Source: a virus (taxonomy: Duplodnaviria > Caudoviricetes). Taken from it: a stretch of 30,710 nucleotides of DNA. Every line of letters starts with the position of its first letter. The stretch's first letter is position 1. Positions 7,643 to 15,541 of the stretch are shown piece by piece. The position numbers and the translations under genes were made by a program. The stretch is from positions 1 to 30,710 of the IMG/VR virus record IMGVR_UViG_3300012665_000488, one strand, 5' to 3'. The notes below the pieces were generated by a model that worked only from the letters and a program-made list of their open reading frames with translations, had not been told where the DNA came from and ran no database searches.

Positions 7643-8139
7643 ATTTGTAACGAATTTCTAAGTGTTATTTTAGCTTTCTTAATTGTGCGATAAAGATAGT
7701 TCAAAGGTATGCCAGTCTCTTTAGCTAACTCCTGATAAGAGAAATCATCTAAGGCATAAAGAAAGAATAGCTCCCTCTCAAAGTATGGTAAGCGACTGAT
7801 AAAGATATCTAACTGCTCATTCTCTAATCTCATCCCTACGCTTTTATTCACATCGTCTATAATATCATCTTTTAGATCGTTGCGTATCTTTTCGAATCTT
7901 AACCGGGTATAGTTGAATGAGCTATTACTGCATCTTGCAGAGAGTCTAATAGCATTGCTCACGTAATTGTTTAGCTTGCCTCTATCATGGATTTCTTGAA
8001 GCTTATCTTTATCTGATTCTAATATCTTAAGCAGCGTGTCATGGAGCAGCTCATCAGCCAAGTCTAAGCGAGTAACAGTTGCTGCTACTCTGCGCCATTC
8101 ATTATAGCATCTATCTATTTCACTGCGCCATGTAGTCAT
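7639..8139 (-). CDS. ECF-like RNA polymerase sigma factor (probable late-gene activator)
   Basis: Region 2-like LADELLHDTLLKI and region 4 HTH RLPYFERELFFLYALDDFSYQELAKETGIPLNYLYRTIKKAK. Confidence 0.8.
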   Translation of the reverse strand: MTTWRSEIDRCYNEWRRVAATVTRLDLADELLHDTLLKILESDKDKLQEIHDRGKLNNYVSNAIRLSARCSNSSFNYTRLRFEKIRNDLKDDIIDDVNKSVGMRLENEQLDIFISRLPYFERELFFLYALDDFSYQELAKETGIPLNYLYRTIKKAKITLRNSLQI

Positions 8140-8464
8140 CTATAACTTTTTTAGCCTCATCGAAGCTCTTGCATGTAACTGCTTCATAGCCATTGTTAAT
8201 AAGCTTTGCTTGCCAATCCTTTTGGCTCTGACTCATTACACCCTTAGCTGTTTTCATTTCTATAGCTAATCCAAAAAATGGGCCCTTAGCATTGTAGATA
8301 AAGATATCAGGGAAGCCTTTAACATATCCTGTTTTCTTCATCTTTACTGCCTGCTTCATAGACGTGCGAACACCTCCAGCTGAAGCACAGTAAAGTAAAC
8401 GCGGATATTGAGCGTTAATGTAGTTAATAACAGCCTCTTGTATTAAGGCTTCCTCATTCTTCAT
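8120..8464 (-). CDS. VRR-NUC domain nuclease (PD-(D/E)XK; Holliday junction resolvase-like)
   Basis: EEALIQ...GVRTS...GFPDIFI...AIEMKTAKGVMSQSQKDW. Confidence 0.88.
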   Translation of the reverse strand: MKNEEALIQEAVINYINAQYPRLLYCASAGGVRTSMKQAVKMKKTGYVKGFPDIFIYNAKGPFFGLAIEMKTAKGVMSQSQKDWQAKLINNGYEAVTCKSFDEAKKVIDDYMAQ

Positions 8465-8468
8465 GATT

Positions 8469-8501
8469 CAAAATTAGTCTATTAACTTACTTGCTTTCAA
8501 C
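8469..8501 (-). promoter_or_regulatory. Bacteroidota promoter, probably near-leaderless, for the VRR-NUC/sigma operon
   Basis: TAATTTTG at 8476-8469, 4 nt before ATG 8464; GTTG 21 nt upstream. Confidence 0.55.
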
Positions 8502-8504
8502 ATC

Positions 8505-8525
8505 TTATTCACATACTTATTCACA
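8505..8525 (+). promoter_or_regulatory. Two tandem DnaA boxes (TTATTCACA x2)
   Basis: Exact TTATNCACA consensus at 8505-8513 and 8517-8525, 3 nt apart, intergenic, between divergent promoters. Confidence 0.65.
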
Positions 8526-8540
8526 TAGCATTAAGCACTA

Positions 8541-8548
8541 TATCTTTG
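8541..8548 (+). promoter_or_regulatory. Plus-strand -7 promoter element TATCTTTG
   Basis: TAnnTTTG consensus followed ~50 nt later by a plus-oriented terminator. Confidence 0.6.
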
Positions 8549-8552
8549 ACTC

Positions 8553-8630
8553 ATGAATTTGCTTTTGGTTTAGCAATGATTATTGATTTTCTCTGAGATA
8601 GGCTTGCAAACGTGCAGGCCTATTTTAGTT
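8553..8630 (+). ncRNA. Putative trans-acting antisense small RNA (~75 nt)
   Basis: Promoter plus terminator; contains TTTGGTTTA (8564-8572) and TGATTATTGATTTT (8577-8590), complementary to the 5' end of the 13187 gene mRNA and partly to other early-gene start regions. Confidence 0.6.
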
Positions 8631-8632
8631 TT
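8598..8632 (+). terminator. Intrinsic terminator
   Basis: ATAGGCTTGCA-AACG-TGCAGGCCTAT 11-bp stem (one G-U pair valid only on + strand) followed by TTTAGTTTT. Confidence 0.75.
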
Positions 8633-9950
8633 AGATAAATGCGTACTTTGTGTAATTCCTATTAAGCTCAAAGTAAGCTCGCATCATTATAGCATCTGCT
8701 ATATCGGGAGAGATTCCTCCGGTGCGCTGGCTGATAGTATCTTTTGATGTTACTCTTAGCTTACCTTCCTTATCAGGATCTACTCTGCGAATAAGCTCAA
8801 GCTCCTTAACTATATCCTCTTGCCATTTAATTGGTAGCGTTATCTCATTCTTATCTATTAGCTCGCCAAGTCTAAAGTAGCAGTCTGCTTTTAAGTTCAT
8901 GTACTGAGTGCCTCTCACAGCTTTACTACCATTCATAAATTCCCTGCAGCGTAGGCTATCAACGAGACCTCCCCCCACCCCATCAGCATCTGCGAGCACG
9001 TTACTTAGTCTAATGCCATGCTGATTCATTAAGCGCTGAATCTCTGCCTTAACTTCATCCTGTCGCTTTTGGCGCAGCACTACTATATCAATACAGCTAA
9101 GGCCTCTCCAAACACAAAGCACTGTTCTATCTTTACCTAATCGCGCTATATCGGCTGTGATGTATCCCTCACCTACATTCATTGGCTCTCTAAAGCAGCG
9201 CATAAGTTCATCATAAAGGTAAAGTCTATCACTGCTGTTATCAAATTCCCAATCTCCCTCAAGCAAGCGCTTTCTATCTGCTTCAGGTAATCGGGTAAGG
9301 CTTGTAACGTAGGAATCGGGTAAGTGTATATTATCTCCAGGTAGCGCTTGAATAAAAGCTCTATGCTCAGGAAGATTCTGATTCTTGTATGGTAAATAGA
9401 ATTGGTTGTATATCCATCCTTTAGATGGGTTACATGTAAGTAATATCTTAGGCTTAAGGCCAAACTCATTAAGCTTGTAACGAATACGAGAGCTGACAAT
9501 AGAATAAGCCTTCTCAGTTATCTCAGTAGCTTCATCTATAAATGCATCTGTAATTTCAAGGCCTCCTAAATCGGTCATCATAGGATCTGATGGATAGAGA
9601 AACAAGTCAGCTAAGATAATTTCACTACCATTACTAAACTTAATGATGTGGCTCTGTTGATTATAGATAAAATCTTCCCCTGCTTTAAGCCCTATCTCAT
9701 TAGCCACCTGAAAGAAAGTAGCCATTGTAGTTTTCTTAAGAGTGTCTAACTTGGCTCGGCCTATTAATGAGCGTGTACCTGGGTACTTTAAGCGCCTAAG
9801 AATTTGCCACATGCAGCCGAGCATAGTCTTTCCACCGCCTGCTGCTCCTCCATAGAGGATAGTTTCAACATCTGAATCTACTGATAAGAATTTAAGTGCT
9901 TCGGATTGCCTTGAAAGAGGCTTAAAGTTATAATCTATTTGTCCCGCCAT
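8631..9950 (-). CDS. terL: Terminase large subunit
   Basis: Walker A YGGAAGGGKT, Walker B AFIDEA, coupling motif LTCNP, RNase H-like ITADIAR and SPDIAD. Confidence 0.93.
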   Translation of the reverse strand: MAGQIDYNFKPLSRQSEALKFLSVDSDVETILYGGAAGGGKTMLGCMWQILRRLKYPGTRSLIGRAKLDTLKKTTMATFFQVANEIGLKAGEDFIYNQQSHIIKFSNGSEIILADLFLYPSDPMMTDLGGLEITDAFIDEATEITEKAYSIVSSRIRYKLNEFGLKPKILLTCNPSKGWIYNQFYLPYKNQNLPEHRAFIQALPGDNIHLPDSYVTSLTRLPEADRKRLLEGDWEFDNSSDRLYLYDELMRCFREPMNVGEGYITADIARLGKDRTVLCVWRGLSCIDIVVLRQKRQDEVKAEIQRLMNQHGIRLSNVLADADGVGGGLVDSLRCREFMNGSKAVRGTQYMNLKADCYFRLGELIDKNEITLPIKWQEDIVKELELIRRVDPDKEGKLRVTSKDTISQRTGGISPDIADAIMMRAYFELNRNYTKYAFI

Positions 9951-10813
9951 TGTACAAAATTAGGTACAATGATGTGAGTATCAACAGGTTTTAAGATTCT
10001 TTCTAAATTTAACTCCATAAGATAAGCGCCTAATGGCTTAGGAGGTCTCATACGTTCAACGTGAAAGCCCATAAATCCCTCATCATATTCCTCTTTATAG
10101 CTTGCTGTTCTAATATGATGCACATATCTCATATTAATTCTATAGCCGTTACCTGGGCTGTGAGTTAATTCCTCTACCATATCGGCATGATGATAAAGCT
10201 CGTGAACGTGACCGCTCCAAATGCAGTCAGCACCATCTATCATTACCCCCATACGATTATTTTGAATAACTCCCTTCGTAACTACTCCACCTCCTCCTGA
10301 TCCATGGTAGTATTTTGTTTTAAATGTATAATGGCTGCTCTTACCTTTAGCTACTCTATGTATCCACCATCCGCCATATCCACCTACTAACACATTGCTG
10401 CCAGCCTCTCTGTTTAATCCGCTAACAAAGCGCTCAATTAAATCAGTCTCACAGTTCTTTATAATTGCAGTCTCGTGATTACCATAGCCCACAAATACCA
10501 TCAGGTGAGCGTATGGCTTAAACCAATCTATTGCAGTATTAACTAGCGCATCTAAATAATTAGCTACATTGTGCTCAGGTCTAATATCATTCTTATTCCT
10601 ACGCGGATCATACTTGCCCTGCATGCAGCAGAATAAATCACCATTCACAGCAAAGTAGATGTTTTCAGCTAAGCACTTATCTAAGTGTGCCTTAAGTAGC
10701 TTTCTATCGCAATGGGGGTTATCCCAGTGCAAATCGCTCATCATTAAGAATTTATCAGCGCTTTCGCACGTTGTAATTATGACATTTCTACCCTCGCGAG
10801 ATGATGTAATCAT
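9935..10813 (-). CDS. Calcineurin-like metallophosphoesterase
   Basis: Complete motif set SDLH, NGDL, GNHE, YYHG, SGHVH. Confidence 0.88.
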   Translation of the reverse strand: MITSSREGRNVIITTCESADKFLMMSDLHWDNPHCDRKLLKAHLDKCLAENIYFAVNGDLFCCMQGKYDPRRNKNDIRPEHNVANYLDALVNTAIDWFKPYAHLMVFVGYGNHETAIIKNCETDLIERFVSGLNREAGSNVLVGGYGGWWIHRVAKGKSSHYTFKTKYYHGSGGGGVVTKGVIQNNRMGVMIDGADCIWSGHVHELYHHADMVEELTHSPGNGYRINMRYVHHIRTASYKEEYDEGFMGFHVERMRPPKPLGAYLMELNLERILKPVDTHIIVPNFVQWRDK

Positions 10814-11138
10814 TTGTGATTATGTTAGATTTTAACTCCTGAAAATTCTTTTTGAATTGGTTATAAGGTACATCTATTACTATTGCATTATCTATGCCTT
10901 GCATCAGCGCTAATGTGCGCTCTCCTACGTAGTATGTACCATCCTTTCTAAACTCTACTTCTGCCTGGATGCCTACGCACTTGCGAGCATCAAACATGAA
11001 AGGAATATCCTCAGCATAAGTAGCCTCTAAACCAATGTCATCAGTGTAATTCCACTGTATAATAGTGCAGCTGCACAGCTCAGGTAACAGCTTCGCATTT
11101 AAATCTATTGGCTCCTTCTTTTTTCTAAATAGATTCAT
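10788..11138 (-). CDS. Hypothetical protein (116 aa)
   Basis: Co-oriented; first gene after the 11139-11236 intergenic region. Confidence 0.65.
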   Translation of the reverse strand: MNLFRKKKEPIDLNAKLLPELCSCTIIQWNYTDDIGLEATYAEDIPFMFDARKCVGIQAEVEFRKDGTYYVGERTLALMQGIDNAIVIDVPYNQFKKNFQELKSNIITNDYIISRG

Positions 11139-11153
11139 GTATCAAAGGTTAAT

Positions 11154-11182
11154 AAAAAAGCCAAGCAATAAGCTCAGCTTTT
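11154..11182 (-). terminator. Possible intrinsic terminator
   Basis: Imperfect hairpin AAAAAAGCCAAGC-AATAA-GCTCAGCTTTT flanked by A and T runs. Confidence 0.45.
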
Positions 11183-11208
11183 AAAGTTAGTTACTAACAC
11201 CTACTTGT

Positions 11209-11216
11209 TAGTGGAA
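11209..11216 (-). promoter_or_regulatory. Putative late promoter motif TTCCACTA
   Basis: Recurrent motif, intergenic, upstream of the phosphoesterase-terminase operon. Confidence 0.5.
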
Positions 11217-11236
11217 GAAATTGCTATTCTATTTTG

Positions 11237-11521
11237 CTATCCGTAGTTAACCCATAATTTATTAAGCATAGGTTTATAGTGCTTGACTAATTCTTTTTCT
11301 GCAATACAGCAAGCGTTATAGGTATCATATTCATACAAATTTACACTATTAAAATCTTTTGAATGTTTATGATAATGTAATCTATCATGTAAATTACGCG
11401 ATCTCCCTACGTAAATTACCGTATCATTATCTAAAAGAATATAAACAAAATGCCTTCCTTTTACCCTATTCAATTTCTGAGTAATCTCATTTCGAGAAAT
11501 TATGTACATAAACTGATTCAT
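11237..11521 (-). CDS. GIY-YIG nuclease family protein
   Basis: FVYILL...IYVGRSRNLHDRLHYH...AEKELVKHYKPMLN. Confidence 0.8.
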   Translation of the reverse strand: MNQFMYIISRNEITQKLNRVKGRHFVYILLDNDTVIYVGRSRNLHDRLHYHKHSKDFNSVNLYEYDTYNACCIAEKELVKHYKPMLNKLWVNYG

Positions 11522-11523
11522 AA

Positions 11524-11988
11524 TTAAAAATGTAATACTTCCATTAACACATTCTCGGAAGAAAATTCTATTCCTTCTTTAGTATCTATTTCAATAGTTT
11601 GAAATCCTCGTCTGACATCAGGTTTTAATAATCTAATTTCAGCTTTAGCATAATCTTCTACTATATCTGAAATATCAAAATCTACATGTTCATCTCTTGC
11701 ATCTTTATCTCTACTATCTTCAGATATGTTCCAATCATGGCGAATAAAATTTTCACGAAGAGATAAATGGTTAACTGGATAGTAAGCCAATAGCTCATAA
11801 TTCTCACCGTACATTCTCATTCTTCTTTCAATGTTTTTTGTCTTACCATATTTCCATTGAACTTCTAAACGCTCATGACCATTAATAGGATTAACCCAAA
11901 GCACTGTTTTTTTACAGCAGTAGATAAAGCCTTTTTGAGCTTTAGATTTCTTAAAGAAATAATCTACCCATGTTTTATTCTCACTCAC
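11524..11988 (-). CDS. T5orf172/GIY-YIG-like protein
   Basis: GFIY...WKYGKTKNIERRMRMY...RE pattern resembles the T5orf172 branch of GIY-YIG. Confidence 0.55.
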   Translation of the reverse strand: MSENKTWVDYFFKKSKAQKGFIYCCKKTVLWVNPINGHERLEVQWKYGKTKNIERRMRMYGENYELLAYYPVNHLSLRENFIRHDWNISEDSRDKDARDEHVDFDISDIVEDYAKAEIRLLKPDVRRGFQTIEIDTKEGIEFSSENVLMEVLHF

Positions 11989-12179
11989 AGCTTCTCCTCC
12001 CTTATCTCTATCTTAAATAGCTCTTTGAGTATTTCTATCTCATGCTCTTTCCAATTGCTAATTCCGTTTTCTCTCAGGCAGTAATTACTCTGCTCTATGC
12101 CTAACTTAAAGGCTATGTATTCCTGCTTATATCCGTAAAATAAACGGTAGCATTTAATTGATTTGTGAAATGGTATCAT
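11985..12179 (-). CDS. XRE-family HTH transcriptional regulator
   Basis: IKCYRLFYGYKQEYIAFKLGIEQSNYCLRENG. Confidence 0.82.
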   Translation of the reverse strand: MIPFHKSIKCYRLFYGYKQEYIAFKLGIEQSNYCLRENGISNWKEHEIEILKELFKIEIREEKL

Positions 12180-12922
12180 TCTTTCTCTTTGTTAATTTGT
12201 TTAATAATGTCTATGTAAATTAGTCTGCTGAGCTCAATCTTTTGTAAGCCATCAAATTCAGTTTGTGCAGATTCGCCTAAGATAACTTTATTAGATGCCT
12301 TAAATTTACCCTCTACTTTCTGCTTAGCTATATCTTCAAAGCGTGCCCATACTTCAGGTGCCCACATAGATTTCTTATAGATACCTTTTCTAAAGAGGCG
12401 CTGGCAGTTGTAAGGTGCAGATATCTCTACCCATGTTTCTTTACCTGCATTCCATCTATCTACGTCAGCGTGCAGCGCATCTATAGGATCAGTAGGTTCA
12501 GCTCTTTTTATCTCAGCTTCCGGTAAGATTAAAGCCTTATTCAGCTCTCGCCATACTTTGCTCTTATATTCCTCATAGCGCTTTAATACATCGGCCATAA
12601 ATGAGATGCTAAATAGGTTAAAAGCTTCTACCCTTTCGAAGTCTTTGCCTATAGCGTTATAGAGAAAGGCATTCTGCCAGTCTTTAATACTTGTACTGCG
12701 ATACGTATTTTGTGTAAGTTGTTGAAGCATAGTTACTTCTATGTCTGAAGGTAGAGCCTTAATCGAATTGATTACAGCTGCCTGAGCAATTAACTCTCTA
12801 AACTCCTGCTCAGATAGCGTGTGTAACTTAGGTGAGCTAATGCACTCAGCTATAGCTCTTTCTTCAGCGCTTAGTGAACGACTGAAGCTCTGCTGTACTA
12901 ATGCGGCCAATTCTTTGCTCAT
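12176..12922 (-). CDS. Putative replication-associated protein (position of helicase loader/recruiter)
   Basis: 248 aa directly downstream of and overlapping the replication-protein-like ORF; no ATPase motifs seen; function inferred from position. Confidence 0.5.
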   Translation of the reverse strand: MSKELAALVQQSFSRSLSAEERAIAECISSPKLHTLSEQEFRELIAQAAVINSIKALPSDIEVTMLQQLTQNTYRSTSIKDWQNAFLYNAIGKDFERVEAFNLFSISFMADVLKRYEEYKSKVWRELNKALILPEAEIKRAEPTDPIDALHADVDRWNAGKETWVEISAPYNCQRLFRKGIYKKSMWAPEVWARFEDIAKQKVEGKFKASNKVILGESAQTEFDGLQKIELSRLIYIDIIKQINKEKE

Positions 12923-13187
12923 CTTCTTTAGATTTATTTTGATTAGTATCTCTTGCTTTCCATTGATCGCAAGCTGCTCTCCAGCTCTTCATGGAATTTC
13001 TGCCTACCTTCCAACCGTTAGACTCGTAGAATGTATAAAAGCGCTTGGCTAATACTACATCTTGCGTATAGTCTATGATGTCGGATAAAGATGGGGGAGT
13101 GAATTTAGTAGAGGCTGAGCGCTTTTTTTCAAGCGCCCTTACCCTCTCTTCAAGCGCTTCAATGCGCTTCAATAAGATTGTTGTCAT
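12864..13187 (-). CDS. Phage replication protein C-terminal-like domain with N-terminal coiled coil
   Basis: KFTPPSL...FYTFYESNGWKVGRNSMKSWRAACDQW resembles the C-terminal domain of phage replisome organisers; N-terminus LLKRIEALEERVRALE is a heptad repeat. Confidence 0.65.
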   Translation of the reverse strand: MTTILLKRIEALEERVRALEKKRSASTKFTPPSLSDIIDYTQDVVLAKRFYTFYESNGWKVGRNSMKSWRAACDQWKARDTNQNKSKEDEQRIGRISTAELQSFTKR

Positions 13188-13212
13188 TTGGTTTAATTGA
13201 TTATTGATTTTA

Positions 13213-13243
13213 CAAAGATAGGTTATTTAGCTAATCTATCAAA
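13213..13243 (-). promoter_or_regulatory. Bacteroidota sigma-A promoter for replication genes
   Basis: TTTG (13243-13240) - 19 nt - TATCTTTG (13220-13213). Confidence 0.8.
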
Positions 13244-13711
13244 AGCTCTATTTAAATCTTGGTTATCTATGTGGTTTAAGATTTGCTCTACATGGCCTCT
13301 ATACATTCGGTCAGTTTGAATCATGTTTTCTACGGATCTAACAGCGTGCAGGATTGTAGCGTGATGCCTATTGAATATCTTGCCTACATCGTAAAAGCTC
13401 ATAGAAGTACCTTTGCGAATAATCCACATAGCTGTCTGCCTAACATCGTTTAGCTCACGCTTTCTGCACTTACCTTTAAGCTCGCTCCAATCCACCTGGG
13501 TAACGTTGCAGATAACTTTCATCATCTCATTAGTTAGCTTCTCGTTTAGACTCTCTACCTCTCCATTTATAGACTTCCAATTTAGCTCAGGTATTTGAGA
13601 TTCATTTACTACTCTTATGATGTTATCAATTCGTCTACGTGCACAGTGCTGATTTTCTGATGGAATCAGTAAGATTAAATCTGCTATTTTCTTTTCTAAC
13701 TCTCGGCTCAT
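13223..13711 (-). CDS. DnaA C-terminal (domain IV) HTH-like protein
   Basis: ELKGKCRKRELNDVRQTAMWIIRKGTSMSFYDVGKIFNRHHATILHAVRSVE matches the DnaA domain IV signature. Confidence 0.85.
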   Translation of the reverse strand: MSRELEKKIADLILLIPSENQHCARRRIDNIIRVVNESQIPELNWKSINGEVESLNEKLTNEMMKVICNVTQVDWSELKGKCRKRELNDVRQTAMWIIRKGTSMSFYDVGKIFNRHHATILHAVRSVENMIQTDRMYRGHVEQILNHIDNQDLNRAFDRLAK

Positions 13712-13941
13712 TTGCTATCTTTCATTAGTTCTAAAATGTATGGTATCTCTTCCTCAGTGATATTAGCAAGCTTACCTATGTGCGTAACCTTCATAGTGCG
13801 AGGCTGCTTAATATATTTCTGAGCTGTTGGGTAACTTACCTCAAGCACCTCCGCGAATTGGCTCACAGTCACAAAGTGACTGCGAACCCATGCGTGGAAC
13901 GGTGTTAGCTTAGAATGGCATTTCATCGTCGCTTGCTTCAT
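13708..13941 (-). CDS. Cro-like HTH protein
   Basis: TVSQFAEVLEVSYPTAQKYIKQP helix-turn-helix pattern. Confidence 0.65.
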   Translation of the reverse strand: MKQATMKCHSKLTPFHAWVRSHFVTVSQFAEVLEVSYPTAQKYIKQPRTMKVTHIGKLANITEEEIPYILELMKDSK

Positions 13942-14521
13942 CTAATTTAGTATTAATTGGTGAACTAACTTTTACCTCTTCCTCTTTAAGCCAAGCCAAG
14001 AATATCTCAGCAGTATCTAACACATCCCCTGGCTTAGCTCCTTTAGTCTCTTTGCAGAATAATACTGCATTGTTTAGAGCTACTGATCTGCTGATAGAGT
14101 TCTGCACTTCAGGTGATTCTTTGCGCGGAGCGTACGCTGATTGTACTATGCCTTTTCCTGCTCCATTAAATGGATTAGGATTCTGCAATTTAAAGTTAGT
14201 GCTCTTGCGGCCTGTTGGTCCAGTGCGCTCTTCTGATGTGTAGTGAATAGTAGCGCCTACTGCTATCTTAGGGCTGTTCATATCCTTTACACCTACCTGA
14301 CCTACTTCGCCATTCTCTAAAACTAAATCGAAGTAATAGATTGTGCCGCTTGGCCCGTTCCACTCTCTAACGAATTTCTGACTTTTTACTACTGACTGAT
14401 TCATAACTGTGTTGTTTTTATTTATGTATTTACTTAATTTATCTGCTAACTTTTCTTCCTGCTCATCCCAGTCTATCTCAGGCTTGAGCTTTTGCCAATT
14501 AGGCTCTCTCGTATAACTCAT
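13910..14521 (-). CDS. SSB-like protein (start probably 14521 or 14404 rather than 14557)
   Basis: Beta-rich N-terminal domain, low-complexity linker and acidic C-terminus DEASDDEMPF like SSB tails. Confidence 0.6.
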   Translation of the reverse strand: MSYTREPNWQKLKPEIDWDEQEEKLADKLSKYINKNNTVMNQSVVKSQKFVREWNGPSGTIYYFDLVLENGEVGQVGVKDMNSPKIAVGATIHYTSEERTGPTGRKSTNFKLQNPNPFNGAGKGIVQSAYAPRKESPEVQNSISRSVALNNAVLFCKETKGAKPGDVLDTAEIFLAWLKEEEVKVSSPINTKLDEASDDEMPF

Positions 14522-14654
14522 GTATGTTATTTTGAAAGTATGAGCGCCAAGATTCATAGACTATCTTCTCGGCTTGCTGATTAAACTCTAACTCCTCTCC
14601 CGGTAGTGAGCTTTCTACGCAAATGAATTTGCTGTTGTAGCGTTCAGATAACAT
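14499..14654 (-). CDS. Small hypothetical protein (51 aa; below track cutoff)
   Basis: Manual translation MLSERYNSKFICVESSLPGEELEFNQQAEKIVYESWRSYFQNNIHELYERA*. Confidence 0.6.
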   Translation of the reverse strand: MLSERYNSKFICVESSLPGEELEFNQQAEKIVYESWRSYFQNNIHELYERA

Positions 14655-14874
14655 AGCGGTCACTCATAAAATAGTCATGTACATTGCTCTCGCCTTCGCT
14701 CTCAAATTGGTACAAGAAAGTACCATCGTCAGGCATTACTTCACCATGCCTTTTAGCAGTTGAGAAATCAGTTAATGAGTAGTCATGGGCTGATGTGTAC
14801 AGCTTCCATCCGCAAGCTTCGGCATCCCACCGACTTACGATAACCTTACCGGTTATGTTGTTTGGTTTATTCAT
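14644..14874 (-). CDS. Early hypothetical protein (76 aa)
   Basis: Co-oriented ORF with A-rich leader. Confidence 0.6.
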   Translation of the reverse strand: MNKPNNITGKVIVSRWDAEACGWKLYTSAHDYSLTDFSTAKRHGEVMPDDGTFLYQFESEGESNVHDYFMSDRYVI

Positions 14875-14906
14875 GATATTGATTATTTAATTAAGTTGCT
14901 AATATA

Positions 14907-15143
14907 CTAAACTTTCTTTATACTAATTACCACCTCGTCATTTTCCCACTCATAAAGTGCATGCTCGTTATACTCATTGATCCATACTGGTGTATAATCG
15001 AACTTGTAGATTTTCATAAGTAGCGGTAACATCTGCTGTGCTACTTCCCAAGTGTCTGCTATGAATAGGTTAGGAGTGCCTAAGCGCTCGGCCATTGAGA
15101 TAGCTACCTCGTCTAATGGGTTTACTGTTACATGGAATTTCAT
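14907..15143 (-). CDS. Early hypothetical protein (78 aa)
   Basis: 4-bp overlap with the upstream ORF. Confidence 0.6.
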   Translation of the reverse strand: MKFHVTVNPLDEVAISMAERLGTPNLFIADTWEVAQQMLPLLMKIYKFDYTPVWINEYNEHALYEWENDEVVISIKKV

Positions 15144-15322
15144 AACTCTACCTCCTTGCTTAATAAGATTGTCTTAGTAGGCACCCATGCAATGGCTTCA
15201 TTGTATGCAGATTCTGCCTCTTCAAATGTGTTAAATGACTTGTGATAGCATCCATCAATTTTTAAGTAGTAGCGTATGCCATCGTACTTAGATTGCTCTT
15301 CGATTTCAAATAGCTTTTTCAT
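15140..15322 (-). CDS. Early hypothetical protein (60 aa)
   Basis: YYLKIDG...FNTFEEAESAY motif; follows the 38-aa ORF. Confidence 0.6.
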   Translation of the reverse strand: MKKLFEIEEQSKYDGIRYYLKIDGCYHKSFNTFEEAESAYNEAIAWVPTKTILLSKEVEL

Positions 15323-15324
15323 GA

Positions 15325-15441
15325 TTATTTAGTTGTTAAATTGGTTTCTATTTTTTCTAATTCTTGAGTGTCTGCATCGAATGATCCTCCGATGAGTAGG
15401 CCTGCGATAATCATCGCGAGAAAGAGTAGTGCTTTTTTCAT
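15325..15441 (-). CDS. First early gene, 38-aa single-TM/signal peptide protein
   Basis: Manual translation MKKALLFLAMIIAGLLIGGSFDADTQELEKIETNLTTK*, directly after a consensus promoter. Confidence 0.6.
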   Translation of the reverse strand: MKKALLFLAMIIAGLLIGGSFDADTQELEKIETNLTTK

Positions 15442-15463
15442 TTGCTTATTGATTTAATTTTAG

Positions 15464-15494
15464 CAAATGTACTACGATATTTTAGAAAAGCAAA
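15464..15494 (-). promoter_or_regulatory. Bacteroidota sigma-A early promoter
   Basis: TTTG (15494-15491) - 19 nt - TACATTTG (15471-15464); a second TAACTTTG at 15522-15515. Confidence 0.8.
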
Positions 15495-15541
15495 AGAAAC
15501 CTTACTAATTATAGCAAAGTTATTAACAAATAATTGTTAGC

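Noticed and set aside
7844-7852. TTATTCACA DnaA box inside the sigma gene
   Set aside because: Single copy within coding sequence; plausible by chance in AT-rich DNA
9179-9499. 106-aa nested ORF in terL
   Set aside because: Alternative frame within a conserved terminase ATPase domain
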